A stretch of DNA of 64,000 bases, taken from assembly GCA_963732385.1 (NCBI GenBank), contig CAVSZB010000006.1, forward strand, positions 1 through 64,000, read 5' to 3'. The notes under the pieces were generated by a model. It was not told where the DNA came from. It searched no databases and saw nothing but the letters and a program-made list of their open reading frames with translations. This DNA is from an uncultured bacterium (GTDB lineage Bacteria > Krumholzibacteriota > Krumholzibacteriia > LZORAL124-64-63). A program made the translations under genes and the position numbers. Below, piece by piece: positions 50,795-60,616 of this stretch. The first letter of the stretch is position 1. Each line of letters starts with the position of its first letter.

Positions 50795-51949
50795 CTACTT
50801 ATGGCTGGTGTCGTCGTCCGCGGGCTCCCGCTTCCGGGGCCCGCTCTCGCCGCCGCCCAGCCAGCCCCGCCGGCGGAACCAGATCAACAGCCCGATGGCC
50901 GTGATGACCATGGCGGTGAGCGCGAGCGGATAACCGAAGCGCCAGCGGAGCTCCGGCATGTTCCAGGGCGAGGAGTCGGGCGCGAAATTCATGCCCCAGA
51001 TCCCGGCCGCGAAGGTGAGGGGGATGAAGATCGTGGAGATGATCGTCAGCACCTTCATGATCTCGTTCATGCGATTGCTGACGCTCGACAGGTAGACTTC
51101 GAGCAGACTGGCGACGATCTCACGATACGTCTCGAGCAGGTCGATGATCTGCACGGCGTGGTCGTAGCAGTCGCGCAGGTAGAGGCGGGTCTCGTCGCCT
51201 ACGAGCGGGTCGGTGTCGCGGCTGAGCGCGCCGAGCATCTCGCGCATCGGCCAGATGCCGCGTCGTACGTTGAGCAGGCTGCGGCGGATGGCATGCAGCG
51301 AGACCACGGCCCCGCGCCCCGGCCGCTCCATGATTGCGAGCTCCATGTCCTCGAGCTGTTCGCCCAGCGCCTCGATGACCGGAAAGTTGCTGTCCACCCC
51401 GGCATCGATCAGCGCATAGGCCAGGTAGTCGGGCCCGGTCGCGCGCAGCCGCCCCTTCCCGCCGCGAATCCGCTCGCGCACCGGCGCGAAAGCGTCGCCC
51501 GGCCGCTCCTGGAACGTGAGCACGAAATTACGCCCCAGAAACAGGCTGACCTGCTCCGACTCGAGTCCTTCCGCTCCCGGATTCGGCAGTCGCAGCACGA
51601 TGTAGATATGGTCCGCGTAGTGTTCGACCTTGGGCCGCTGATGGATGTGCACCACATCCTCCAGCGCCAACCGGTGCAGCCCGAACAGCGTCCCCAGCCG
51701 CCCCACCAGCTCCGCATCCCCCAGCCCGTCCACATTCACCCAGACCACCGGCCACCGTGCCAGCGCTCTTTGCACCGTCTCCGCATCCGCTTCGGCAATC
51801 TCCAGATGCTCGTCGGGCCCGTACGCGAACATACTTACGCTCGGACGCAACGCATCGGCCGGCGGCGTGAGCTGCCCCGGCGAGGTGCCGGGCACGGCCC
51901 GCCGCGGCTGATTACGACGTCGGCGCGTGCGGCTCGTCCTGGCGCTCAT
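50795..51949 (-). CDS. corA: Magnesium/cobalt transporter
   Basis: LHRLALED…QRPKVE, MNEIMKVLT, GIWGMNF…MPEL. Confidence 0.95.
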   Translation of the reverse strand: MSARTSRTRRRRNQPRRAVPGTSPGQLTPPADALRPSVSMFAYGPDEHLEIAEADAETVQRALARWPVVWVNVDGLGDAELVGRLGTLFGLHRLALEDVVHIHQRPKVEHYADHIYIVLRLPNPGAEGLESEQVSLFLGRNFVLTFQERPGDAFAPVRERIRGGKGRLRATGPDYLAYALIDAGVDSNFPVIEALGEQLEDMELAIMERPGRGAVVSLHAIRRSLLNVRRGIWPMREMLGALSRDTDPLVGDETRLYLRDCYDHAVQIIDLLETYREIVASLLEVYLSSVSNRMNEIMKVLTIISTIFIPLTFAAGIWGMNFAPDSSPWNMPELRWRFGYPLALTAMVITAIGLLIWFRRRGWLGGGESGPRKREPADDDTSHK

Positions 51950-52519
51950 GCTCAACCTCCGGAAGCAGCTCTGGTCCGCCCTCGAACTGCCCGTGAATAC
52001 ATATCGCGGCGCCGCGCCGGTCAAGCGTTGACGCCCGAGTCTACGGCACCGCAGACGGGCTGAACACACCCGCGAGCACTCCTGCCGCAGATTTTCGGGT
52101 CGGCGGGCAATCCGGTCAGAATGGCGTCAACTCAGGCGGGAGCCGGCGGTGGTCGTGAAGGAGAGAGGGGCGAAGGAGTGGGCCGGGGCAGGCCGGGCAG
52201 GTCTTGGTCAGGAATGTTGAAGGAATGGCCTGCCCCGGGCTGATGGCGACGGCCGTGGTGGAGGCCCCATCGCCACGAGGCAATTCAACAGACGGTCGGT
52301 TTCGCTGTTCCCGAAAAATGCGGCTGGCAGCCTAACTCTGGGGGCTGTACAAACAACGGGGGGAAGGTCAATTCCGGCGCCCAGGCGTGACTCGCTGTTA
52401 CAATCGAGCATCGAGTAGTCGTGGAATGAAGTCGCATGGCTCGACGCATGGGGCCGACTCCCGCCGCAGCATCCGACAGACGCTCATGCCGCCGCGCCCG
52501 CGCCGAAACGAGGTACCGA

Positions 52520-53233
52520 ATGAAGAAGCTGATCATAGCCGTCGTCGTCGCTGCAGCCCTGATCGCGGTCTTCGCGTTTTTTCTGCTCTCCAACCTCAAC
52601 TCCATCGTCGCCAAGGCCATCGAGAAGGGCGGTGGCGATGTGACCCGGACCAGCGTCGGCGTTTCCGGCGTGGACATTTCGCTGCGCGAGGGGCGGGGGT
52701 CGATCGGGGGTCTGCGGGTGGCCAGCCCCGACGGCTACCAGGAGCGCACGGCGTTCTCGCTCGACGATATTACCGTCGACATCGACGTGAAGAGCGTCCG
52801 CCAGGATCCCATCGTCCTCGACGAAATCCGCATCCGGGCCCCGATCGTCAACGCCGAGCTGACGAAGACCGGCGCCTCCAACATCGACGAGTTGCGCAAA
52901 CGGGCGCAGGCCTACACGTCACGGATGGCGTCGCAGGGAAGCAGCAAGCGGATCCGGATCGAGCGCTTCGTGTTCGAGAAAGGCCGCGTCGAGGTCGACG
53001 CCTCCGCGCTCGGGCTGGGCAAGCGCACGCTGGTGCTGCCCGAAATCCGCCTGACCGACGTGGGCGGGCGAAACGGCGCGCCGCCGGACGAGATCGCCAA
53101 GATCATCCTGACGACCGTGGCCGGCAGGGTGGCTTCCGAAATCGCCAGCTCCGAGCTCGACCGGCTGATGAAGGATAAGCTGGGGGGCTCGATCACCGAC
53201 AAAGCGAAGGGGTTGCTGGAAAAGATCCGGTAG
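52520..53233 (+). CDS. AsmA-like/DUF748-like protein
   Basis: N-terminal anchor MKKLIIAVVV…, beta-rich body with SNIDEL. Confidence 0.65.
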   Translation: MKKLIIAVVVAAALIAVFAFFLLSNLNSIVAKAIEKGGGDVTRTSVGVSGVDISLREGRGSIGGLRVASPDGYQERTAFSLDDITVDIDVKSVRQDPIVLDEIRIRAPIVNAELTKTGASNIDELRKRAQAYTSRMASQGSSKRIRIERFVFEKGRVEVDASALGLGKRTLVLPEIRLTDVGGRNGAPPDEIAKIILTTVAGRVASEIASSELDRLMKDKLGGSITDKAKGLLEKIR

Positions 53234-53312
53234 TTGTTGAACGCGGCCCCGGATTATTCTCACCTTCGCCGCCGATGCGGGCGTTTGTGAGTAACCAGTC
53301 CCGCCTCCGGAA

Positions 53313-53756
53313 CTAGCGAGCGAACAGGAGATTGAGCGTCGCCTGGTCCGGCGTGCCGTCCTCGTTGAAGTCGTATTCGACGGAGGCGCCGCTGAGCCCC
53401 AGGCTGTCTTCGGAAAACGCGACGTCGAATTGCCACGAGAACAGCATTCCCTGTGGCGTCAGGCTCAGTACGTCGCTGCTCAGGGTCCACGTTCCATCCG
53501 TCGTGCGCTCTGCTTCGGCGAAAGGCGCGACGACGAGCCGAAATGTTTCATTGTCGTTGAGGGTGAGCGTGCCGGTTCCTCCGAGCGCGACAAGATCGAC
53601 GGCGGCGCCCGCGGGAATGCTCACGAACTCGACCTTGGTGGCGTTCCAGACGCCCGTGATCTGCTCCGGCTGCGGACCGGTGGATTTGTCCTCGCTGCAT
53701 CCGACCATCACGCAGAGCAGAATTGCCGCCGTCACGATTCGCCAGCTCGTTCGCAT
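53313..53756 (-). CDS. Lipoprotein with lipocalin-like domain
   Basis: Lipobox MVGC; ITGVW and GTWTL motifs; GGGGAGG RBS. Confidence 0.78.
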   Translation of the reverse strand: MRTSWRIVTAAILLCVMVGCSEDKSTGPQPEQITGVWNATKVEFVSIPAGAAVDLVALGGTGTLTLNDNETFRLVVAPFAEAERTTDGTWTLSSDVLSLTPQGMLFSWQFDVAFSEDSLGLSGASVEYDFNEDGTPDQATLNLLFAR

Positions 53757-53813
53757 GTCGGCCTCCCCGCTCAGGAATTGCTTCCCGGCGATCTGGGCTA
53801 TACCCCGAGTCCG

Positions 53814-53841
53814 CTCCTCTGCCCCGAATAGACCAGCGCGG
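53814..53841. repeat. Isolated core of the 1184/1683 repeat family
   Basis: CTCCTCTGCCCCGAATAGACCAGCGCGG vs CTCCCCCCGCCCCGAATCGACCAGCGCGG. Confidence 0.65.
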
Positions 53842-54026
53842 TGGTTCGCCTTTGAGCGGCGGTCGCCCTGAGCACGCGGCTCAGACCCTATGGAGTGACC
53901 GGCCCCCCTGTCGTACCGTCGTCACCGTCGTTCTGGTGGTTGGCGATGGCGACCGGGTGGCAAGCACCGCAGTCGCGGGTTAGCGCCTTTCGGCGCCAGA
54001 GCCGCATACGACGAAGGGAGCCGGCC

Positions 54027-55091
54027 ATGGCCAGTATAACCTACGTGGGGCTGGATGTGCACAAGCGGACGATCGCGGTGGCGCTGCGCCGCCCGGGGAC
54101 CGACGAAGTGGTCGAGTGGCAGGTCGCCCACGAGCCGACGGCCGTGCGGCGACTGATCCGCAAGCTCAAGGCGCACGCCCCGGTGGCCTGCGCCTACGAG
54201 GCGGCCGAGATCCCCTGCCTGGTCGCCGCCCCGTCCCTGATCCCGGTCCGCTGCGGCGACCGCATCAAGACCGATCACCGCGACGCCCGCAAGCTGGCCC
54301 AGTTGTTCCAGGCCGGGCTCCTGACGGCGGTGCACCCGCCGACAGAAGACGAGGAGGCGGTCCGCGACCTGTGCCGCTGCCGCGAGGACGCGCAACTGGA
54401 TCTGGTGCGGGCCCGGCACCGGTTGGGCAAGTTCCTGCTGCGCCGCAGCTTGAGCTTCCATGACGGCTACCTCTGGTCCCAGCGTCATCGCACTTGGATG
54501 CACGGCTTGACGTTCGCGCGGGCCGCCGACCAGGTCGTCTTCGAGGACTACCTGCTGGCGGTCGAGCAGCAGGAGGCCCGAGTCGCCGCGCTGGACGAGC
54601 AGTTGGCCGCCGTCGCGGATCAGGAGCCGTTCCGTGCGCCGGTGGTGGCCCACCTGCGCTGCTTCCGCGGCATCGACACGGTCACCGCCGTAAGCCTGGT
54701 CGCGGAGCTGCACGATGTGCGGCGCTTCGCGTCGGCTCCCGCCCTCATGGCCTATCTCGGGCTGGTCCCCAGCGAGCACAGCAGCGGCGAGCATCGTCGG
54801 TGCGGCGGCATCACCAAGACCGGCAATCGCCACGTGCGGCGCCTGCTGATCGAGACCGCCTGGCACTACCGGCACAAGCCTACGGTGGGGGTGAAACTGG
54901 TCAAGCGCCGGCACGGCCAGCCGCCCGTGGTCATCGCCCGCGCCGACCGGGCGCAGCAGCGCCTGTGCAGGCAATACCGGTGCATGGTCGCCAAAGGCAA
55001 GCATCACAACACGATCGTCGTGGCCATCGCCCGCATGCTGGTTGGATATCTGTGGGAGACGCTGCGCACTGCGCAGCCTGTCGAAGCCTGA
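54027..55091 (+). CDS. IS110 DEDD transposase/recombinase, probably damaged by an in-frame deletion
   Basis: YVGLDVHK, YEA, KTDHRDA, GLVPSEHSSG, ITKTGN; the segment normally following YEA looks missing. Confidence 0.9.
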   Translation: MASITYVGLDVHKRTIAVALRRPGTDEVVEWQVAHEPTAVRRLIRKLKAHAPVACAYEAAEIPCLVAAPSLIPVRCGDRIKTDHRDARKLAQLFQAGLLTAVHPPTEDEEAVRDLCRCREDAQLDLVRARHRLGKFLLRRSLSFHDGYLWSQRHRTWMHGLTFARAADQVVFEDYLLAVEQQEARVAALDEQLAAVADQEPFRAPVVAHLRCFRGIDTVTAVSLVAELHDVRRFASAPALMAYLGLVPSEHSSGEHRRCGGITKTGNRHVRRLLIETAWHYRHKPTVGVKLVKRRHGQPPVVIARADRAQQRLCRQYRCMVAKGKHHNTIVVAIARMLVGYLWETLRTAQPVEA

Positions 55092-55109
55092 ACAAACGGA
55101 ACGGTCCGA

Positions 55110-55320
55110 CGGTCGGAGACGGCGGATGAACGCAGGCACGATCCGGAGAATCCGCGTTATCGGTGTGCGACTGGGCCATTGGGTCCAGACTCACGATCTC
55201 AGAGTGCGGTCCCTCCCGACGGAGCACGGTCATGCGGCTCGGCGCCGGCTTGCCGGCGCAACCCGCGTATATCAGAGTGACTCGTCGTCGAAGCGACCTG
55301 CCTCGTCCGCCGCCTCCGGA
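55110..55320 (+). ncRNA. Putative bridge RNA (seekRNA) of the IS1111-type element
   Basis: Two hairpin-centred loops; flanks TATCGGTG (55158-65) and CTCAG (55198-202) match the target, GGTC (55228-31) and ATATCAGA (55269-76) match the circle junction; boundaries approximate. Confidence 0.7.
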
Positions 55321-55396
55321 TGTCGGAACCGGGAAAAGACAAGAGAACGGCCGCCTCCCCGCAGGAAAGCGGCCCTTGACACAGGGTCACTCCATA

Positions 55397-56071
55397 TCAG
55401 CGATAGAGGGACTTAACCGCGCTCCAGCTGACCGCTTCGACGGGCACCAGCGTGCCGTTGACAGTGAAAACCGGCGAGTTCGGGCCGGCGGGCAGCGGTC
55501 GCAGGCCGAGCACTCCGTAACAGGGGCTGTCGACGAACAGGCTGTCGAAGTAGTAATACAATGTCGGCAGCCCGTCGTCCGTCCCGCCGTTGGCTCCGAC
55601 ACCCATGCCGATCGCAGCGGGAGCATTGTCCAGCGCCATGAGGCCAACGCGCATCAGGCAGCGGTCGATCAGGCAGGTGGTGGATGACGGCCAGAGCATG
55701 TTGTTATAGGAGTAGCGCGCATCGATGTCAGGATTCGTGTTCGGGAAAAATACGCCGCACAGTCCGCCCAGTGATGTATCGAAGTTGATGATCCAGAGAT
55801 TAGCGGGAATCTCGATATGGCACAGCAGCTGCATCTGGTAGTACATAAGAAACATCGGATGTCCGACCGCCGCGGGCAGGTCCGAGACCGGGCGATCAAG
55901 GAGCAGATACAGCCAGAACGGCTCATAGGGCGCGATTGTGAGCCGACTTGCGTTTCCGTCCTCGTCTGCGTAGAGCCCGACGGAGATTTCGCTCACTTGC
56001 GCCAGGCCCAAAGCCGCGGCGCCCGCGACCGCAACGGCCAACATTGCCGCACAAAGCCACCTGAACTTCAT
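55397..56071 (-). CDS. Secreted hypothetical protein with C-terminal SWSAVKSLYR motif
   Basis: GGAGG RBS, signal peptide MKFRWLCAAML…, SVGLYADEDG; stop codon coincides with the IS right junction. Confidence 0.82.
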   Translation of the reverse strand: MKFRWLCAAMLAVAVAGAAALGLAQVSEISVGLYADEDGNASRLTIAPYEPFWLYLLLDRPVSDLPAAVGHPMFLMYYQMQLLCHIEIPANLWIINFDTSLGGLCGVFFPNTNPDIDARYSYNNMLWPSSTTCLIDRCLMRVGLMALDNAPAAIGMGVGANGGTDDGLPTLYYYFDSLFVDSPCYGVLGLRPLPAGPNSPVFTVNGTLVPVEAVSWSAVKSLYR

Positions 56072-56348
56072 GGCGCCTCCCGCCGCAATCGTCGCCCCAC
56101 TTGCAGACCGAAGCGTCACCCTGAGTGTAGGGGGTTGGTTCTGACGCGGCAAGTACTCGGCCGCGCCCCGGCGGGTTCATGCCGCAGTCGGCCGGTATCA
56201 TGATGCTGCACAGCGACTTCAGGACTCCCGAGGCCTTTTTCTTGTCCCTGATGCTCGGGCTCGGTAAGCTGCGGCGGCCCCGGACGACGCACGAATTCTC
56301 GTGAGGAGCCGGAAAGGAATCCGTTCCCCCTTGCAGGAGGATTCGCTC

Positions 56349-57494
56349 ATGCGCCCGATCTCTTCGCCTCGCCCTCGCCGGGCCGCGCAAACCCTGGTCC
56401 CTGCCCTGGTCCTGACGTTGGTTGTTTCGGTCACGCCCTTTCCTGTGTACGCGACGGAGCCGGTGGAGACGAAGATCTGGGGCCGCAGCTCGCTGTTGAT
56501 CGCCTACGACACGGCGGACCTGCGCGCCGGGCTCGATTTCGGCAGTTACGTGACCGCGGACGGTCAGGATCGCGTCAATTTCAATCCGCGCGACACCCGC
56601 CTGGGTCTGTCGGCCACCCAGACCAAAGGGGCCTGGACCTACAGGAGCGTCTTCGAGATGGACTTCTACGGCGACAACGCCGGCAACAATCTGCTGCCGC
56701 GCCTGCGTCTCGGATTCGTGGATGTCTCCCACAGCGGCGGTTTCGCCCTGCGCGCCGGACAGGACTGGATCCCGATCGCCCAGCAGAACCCCGGCACGCT
56801 CGACTTCGGGGTGCTGGCCTGGGGCGGCAATCTCTGGTGGCGCGTGCCGCAGGTGACCGTGCGCCAGAAGACCGGCGATCTGGAGTTCCTCGCCGGGATG
56901 ATGAAGCACCGCAACTCGAGCACCCAGGAGGCCGAGGAGCAGATGCCGTGGTTCCTGGGCCGGCTGGCGTGGACCGGCCTGAGCGACGGCAAGGGCCTGC
57001 TGGCGATCGGCGTCGGCGGCCGCAGCAACTCCCTGACGGATACGGTCGATGACGCACCGTTCAACACCGACTACAAAGCCTGGCTCGTGTGCGGTGAATG
57101 GAAGCTGCCCCTCGGCCCGCGCCTCACGCTCAACGGCGAGGCCTGGACCGGCAAGGGGCTCGGCCGGGAATTCGTCCGCTACGATCTGGACTACAACCGG
57201 CAGGTCCGCCGTTCGATCAATGCGCAAGGCGGCTTCGTCAGTGCGGCCGTGGATCTCGGCCGCGGTCTGCAGGCCAACCTCGGTGGCGGCATCGACGATC
57301 CCGAGGACGACGACCTGGCCGGCGCCACCACCGTCATCTTCACGCAGAACACCGTACTGTTCGGGAATCTTAAGTGGCAGGCCACGGAGCACTTCGGAGC
57401 CGGCTTCGAGGTCATGAACTTCACGACCGAGACCGGTCCTGATGACGAGCTCGACGGCCAGCGCTTCACCATGGGGACCTGGTTCGTGTTCTGA
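56349..57494 (+). CDS. Outer membrane porin (DcaP-like)
   Basis: Signal peptide, RDTRLG, FEMDFYG, PRLRLGF, AGQDW, RVPQ, terminal WFVF. Confidence 0.8.
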   Translation: MRPISSPRPRRAAQTLVPALVLTLVVSVTPFPVYATEPVETKIWGRSSLLIAYDTADLRAGLDFGSYVTADGQDRVNFNPRDTRLGLSATQTKGAWTYRSVFEMDFYGDNAGNNLLPRLRLGFVDVSHSGGFALRAGQDWIPIAQQNPGTLDFGVLAWGGNLWWRVPQVTVRQKTGDLEFLAGMMKHRNSSTQEAEEQMPWFLGRLAWTGLSDGKGLLAIGVGGRSNSLTDTVDDAPFNTDYKAWLVCGEWKLPLGPRLTLNGEAWTGKGLGREFVRYDLDYNRQVRRSINAQGGFVSAAVDLGRGLQANLGGGIDDPEDDDLAGATTVIFTQNTVLFGNLKWQATEHFGAGFEVMNFTTETGPDDELDGQRFTMGTWFVF

Positions 57495-57561
57495 GCGCGG
57501 AAACGGACGGGGCGCGCGGACCAGACGCCGGCGCCCCGGATCTTCCGCCGTGGAGGCAGCG

Positions 57562-57906
57562 GTGATCGGTCCGTTCTCGGCGGAGCGCCGCCTGCGGCGG
57601 GAATTGACGACCGTGCAGGCGATGATCGGCCTGTATTGCCGCGCGCACCATGGCGGCGGGACCGGGCCGTGCGCGGAGTGCCACGAACTGCTGCGGTATG
57701 CCGGGCAGCGCATCGAGCGCTGCCCGTTCGGCGTCGGCAAGCCGACCTGCGTCGACTGCCCGGTGCACTGCTACGTGCCCGCGATGCGGGAGCGGATCCG
57801 CGTGGTCATGCGCTACGCCGGGCCGCGCATGGTGTGGCGCCATCCGATCCTCGCGCTGTTCCATATCCTCGACGGCCGCCGGTCGGCGCCGTCGCTCAAA
57901 CGCTGA
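57562..57906 (+). CDS. YgbA-family protein
   Basis: MIGLYCRAHH, CAEC, CPF…KPTCVDCPVHCY, MRYAGPRM…HP. Confidence 0.88.
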   Translation: MIGPFSAERRLRRELTTVQAMIGLYCRAHHGGGTGPCAECHELLRYAGQRIERCPFGVGKPTCVDCPVHCYVPAMRERIRVVMRYAGPRMVWRHPILALFHILDGRRSAPSLKR

Positions 57907-57951
57907 TCGTGAGCCGGTCCGCATCGCTCCCGGTGGTCAGGTGCGGCTCCG

Positions 57952-60516
57952 CTACCACGGTCCGAGCCACGGCTCAGGCAGGCCGTCGGGCGGGGTGAGC
58001 AGCAGCGGGCGGCCCGGCTGCGCCGCGATCCCCTGGAGGTACAGATCGGCGGGGCCCGGCAGGGTCGCCGCGGCGGCTGCGTCGGCGGCGACCGCGTCGG
58101 GCGTGTCGTCGCCGCCCAGAACCCGCGCCAGCCAGGCCGCTCCGGTCGCCAGACCGGGCAGCGACGGCCCCAGCTTCGGCAACTCCACGAGGCGTCGCGC
58201 CGGGAATTCGCTCAGGACCACCTCGTCGCCGGGGCGGATGCCGGCCAGGTCGCGCGCCAGGGCGATGGCGTCGGAGAGGCCGCCCTGCGCGTCGCAGAGA
58301 CCGCGCGCGATGGCGTCGTCGCCCATCCAGACCCGGCCGCCGCCCAGCTCGCGCACCCGCGCTTCGGGCAGGCCGCGCGCGGTGGCCACCTTGCCGACGA
58401 ACTGGTCGTACATGCCGAGGATGTACCCCTTCACGAGGGCCAGCTCGCAGTCGTCGAGCGGACGGGTGGGGATCGACAGGCCGAGCAGCGGCGGGCGCAG
58501 GCCCGAGAACAGGTCGGCGTGGGCGCCGCGCTGCACGCCGTCGGCGCGCATGCCGAGCCTGTCGCCGAGGCCGTCGTCCCAGAACCAGCCCGAGATGACG
58601 CCGATCGAGCCGGTCACGGTGAGCGGGGTCGTCAGCAGACGACTGCCGCCCAGGCTGATCCAGTAGCCGCCCGAGGCCGCCACGTCGCCCTGGCTGATGA
58701 CGACCGGCTTGCCCGCCGCGACCAGCCTGGCCACCGCTTCGGCGATCAGGTCGCTCGGCTGCGGATCGCCGCCGGGCGAATCGGGGCGCAGCACGACCGC
58801 CTTCACGTTGCGGTCGTGCACGAGGCGGCGCAGGTGGGCCGAGGTGGCGCGGCCGCGGATGCCGGAATCCATGGCGCATTCGCCCACGGCGAACACCACG
58901 GCGACCTCGGCCGGGCGGCCCCAGCGCTCGTCGGGCAACTGCTCGGGCGGCGGAGAGGACGGCGTCGTCCAGCGCCCGTGCCGTTTTTGCTGCACCCACT
59001 CCTCGACATCGGCCCAGCGGCCGAGCTCGTCGGCAAGGCCGGCATCGCGCGCGGCGACGGCGTCGAGCAGCACGCGCGTGTCGACGAGGCTGTCGAAGGC
59101 GGCCGGCGCAAGGCGGCGCGAGGCGCAGGCCCCGTCGCGCAAGGTCTCGTAGGCGACATCGATCAGGCGCTGGCGCTGCTCGCGCTCGCATTCGCTCATC
59201 TCGTCGCGGGCGAACACCTCGACGGCGCTCTTGCACGGCATGAAGCGCAGTTCCTGGAATCCGACGCCGAGTTTGGTGAGCGTGCCGCGTACGTAGGTGC
59301 GGCGGGAGGCGAAGCCGGGCAGGGTGACGCTGCCCTGTGGATCGAGAATGAGACGGTCGCCGGCGGTGGCCAGCCAGGTGTCGAGCATGCCGAGGTTGTC
59401 GGCGTGGATGACGATCTCCTTGCCGGCGGCGCGCAGTTCGCCCAGCTTGCGGCGCAGCTCCCAGGCGAGCGACGGGCGTGGGCGCAGGCCGGCCAGGTTG
59501 AGCGCGACCCCGTCGATGTCGGGCGCGTCGCGCAGGCGGTCGAGGTGGCGCGCGAGGTCGAGCCAGGCCACGCGCGAGTCGTCGAACCAGCGATACTTCT
59601 GGTAGGTGAGGACCCGGTGTTCGAGGTTCACCGCGGCCCAGCGCGGGCGGCGGTCGGGGCGCAGGGCGGCCGGCACCGCCAGGCTGCGTTGAGGGGCGGC
59701 CGCGCGCACGAGGAATGCGGTGCCGGTGGCGTGGCCCCCGCGATCGTACGCGGGCAGGGCGTGGTATGCGGTGCCGCCGAGCGTCACGCCGGCCGTGAGC
59801 GTGAAGCGGAAGTCGTCGGTGTCGTCGGTTTCGCGCAGGCGGGCGCCCAGATGCAGGCCGGCCAGGGGACGGAATTCCACTCCGGCGCCCCAGCGGCCGG
59901 CGTCCGGATCCTCCCCGTGGCGCAGCGTGAAGTCGCCGAACAGCGTGAGCGCGGGGGTGCCGAACGGACGCACGCCCAGATCGGCCGTCGCCTGACGCGC
60001 CGCCGACTCCAGCGAGGCGACTCCGGCCAGGCCCCAGGAGACGGCGCGGCCCGGCCGGCCGATCAGACCCAGGGCGAGCGCCTGGTCGTGCCGTTGTCCG
60101 TCGTTGCCGCCGCTCGACCAGCGGTAGGCGAGGCCGGCGTGCGCGCGCCGGTCGCCGCGGGCGAGGCCGAACTGCCAGTCGGTGAGACGGGTCGTGCCGC
60201 CCGGCACCGGCAGAACGCGGCTGTCGAGCGCGAAACCGACGTTGCGTCCGAACGACAGGCCCCAGTTGTCGAGCCCGTTGTGGCCCAGATGGCGATCGTT
60301 CCACCAGAGAGCGAACTCGGCGCGACCGGCCGCGGCCCAGGCGGCCGGGTTGGCGAAGGCCGCCGGTGCGCCGGCCGTCACGCTGGGGCTCTGCGGAAGC
60401 CACTCCATGCCGTCGGCGTAGTCCATGAGCCGGTCTGCGGACTGGGCCGCGGCCGGACCACCGGCCAGGACGAGCGAAAGCGCGGCGAGCAGGGCGGCAA
60501 GGGGCGCGTGGCGCAT
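57952..60516 (-). CDS. sppA: SppA (S49) peptidase with N-terminal beta-barrel-like domain
   Basis: Signal peptide; ANPAA followed by beta strands; CKSAVE, DSPGG, AASGGYW, TGSIGV, GGRVWMG. Confidence 0.85.
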   Translation of the reverse strand: MRHAPLAALLAALSLVLAGGPAAAQSADRLMDYADGMEWLPQSPSVTAGAPAAFANPAAWAAAGRAEFALWWNDRHLGHNGLDNWGLSFGRNVGFALDSRVLPVPGGTTRLTDWQFGLARGDRRAHAGLAYRWSSGGNDGQRHDQALALGLIGRPGRAVSWGLAGVASLESAARQATADLGVRPFGTPALTLFGDFTLRHGEDPDAGRWGAGVEFRPLAGLHLGARLRETDDTDDFRFTLTAGVTLGGTAYHALPAYDRGGHATGTAFLVRAAAPQRSLAVPAALRPDRRPRWAAVNLEHRVLTYQKYRWFDDSRVAWLDLARHLDRLRDAPDIDGVALNLAGLRPRPSLAWELRRKLGELRAAGKEIVIHADNLGMLDTWLATAGDRLILDPQGSVTLPGFASRRTYVRGTLTKLGVGFQELRFMPCKSAVEVFARDEMSECEREQRQRLIDVAYETLRDGACASRRLAPAAFDSLVDTRVLLDAVAARDAGLADELGRWADVEEWVQQKRHGRWTTPSSPPPEQLPDERWGRPAEVAVVFAVGECAMDSGIRGRATSAHLRRLVHDRNVKAVVLRPDSPGGDPQPSDLIAEAVARLVAAGKPVVISQGDVAASGGYWISLGGSRLLTTPLTVTGSIGVISGWFWDDGLGDRLGMRADGVQRGAHADLFSGLRPPLLGLSIPTRPLDDCELALVKGYILGMYDQFVGKVATARGLPEARVRELGGGRVWMGDDAIARGLCDAQGGLSDAIALARDLAGIRPGDEVVLSEFPARRLVELPKLGPSLPGLATGAAWLARVLGGDDTPDAVAADAAAAATLPGPADLYLQGIAAQPGRPLLLTPPDGLPEPWLGPW

Positions 60517-60616
60517 GGATGACCTCCGGACACGGGGGATGCACGACGTCGCGATGTTACCGTATCATGGCGGGGTCGCCAACCGGCGCGTGGCGCTGTT
60601 CAGGCAGGAGGTCGGC

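Larger units (their letters stand above)
53881..55400 (+). mobile_element. IS110-family element, IS1111 subgroup
   Basis: 12-bp subterminal inverted repeats TATGGAGTGACC (53889-53900) / GGTCACTCCATA (55385-55396); TCAG at both junctions (53881-53884, 55397-55400); TTGACA at 55376-55381; long 3' non-coding end. Confidence 0.9.
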
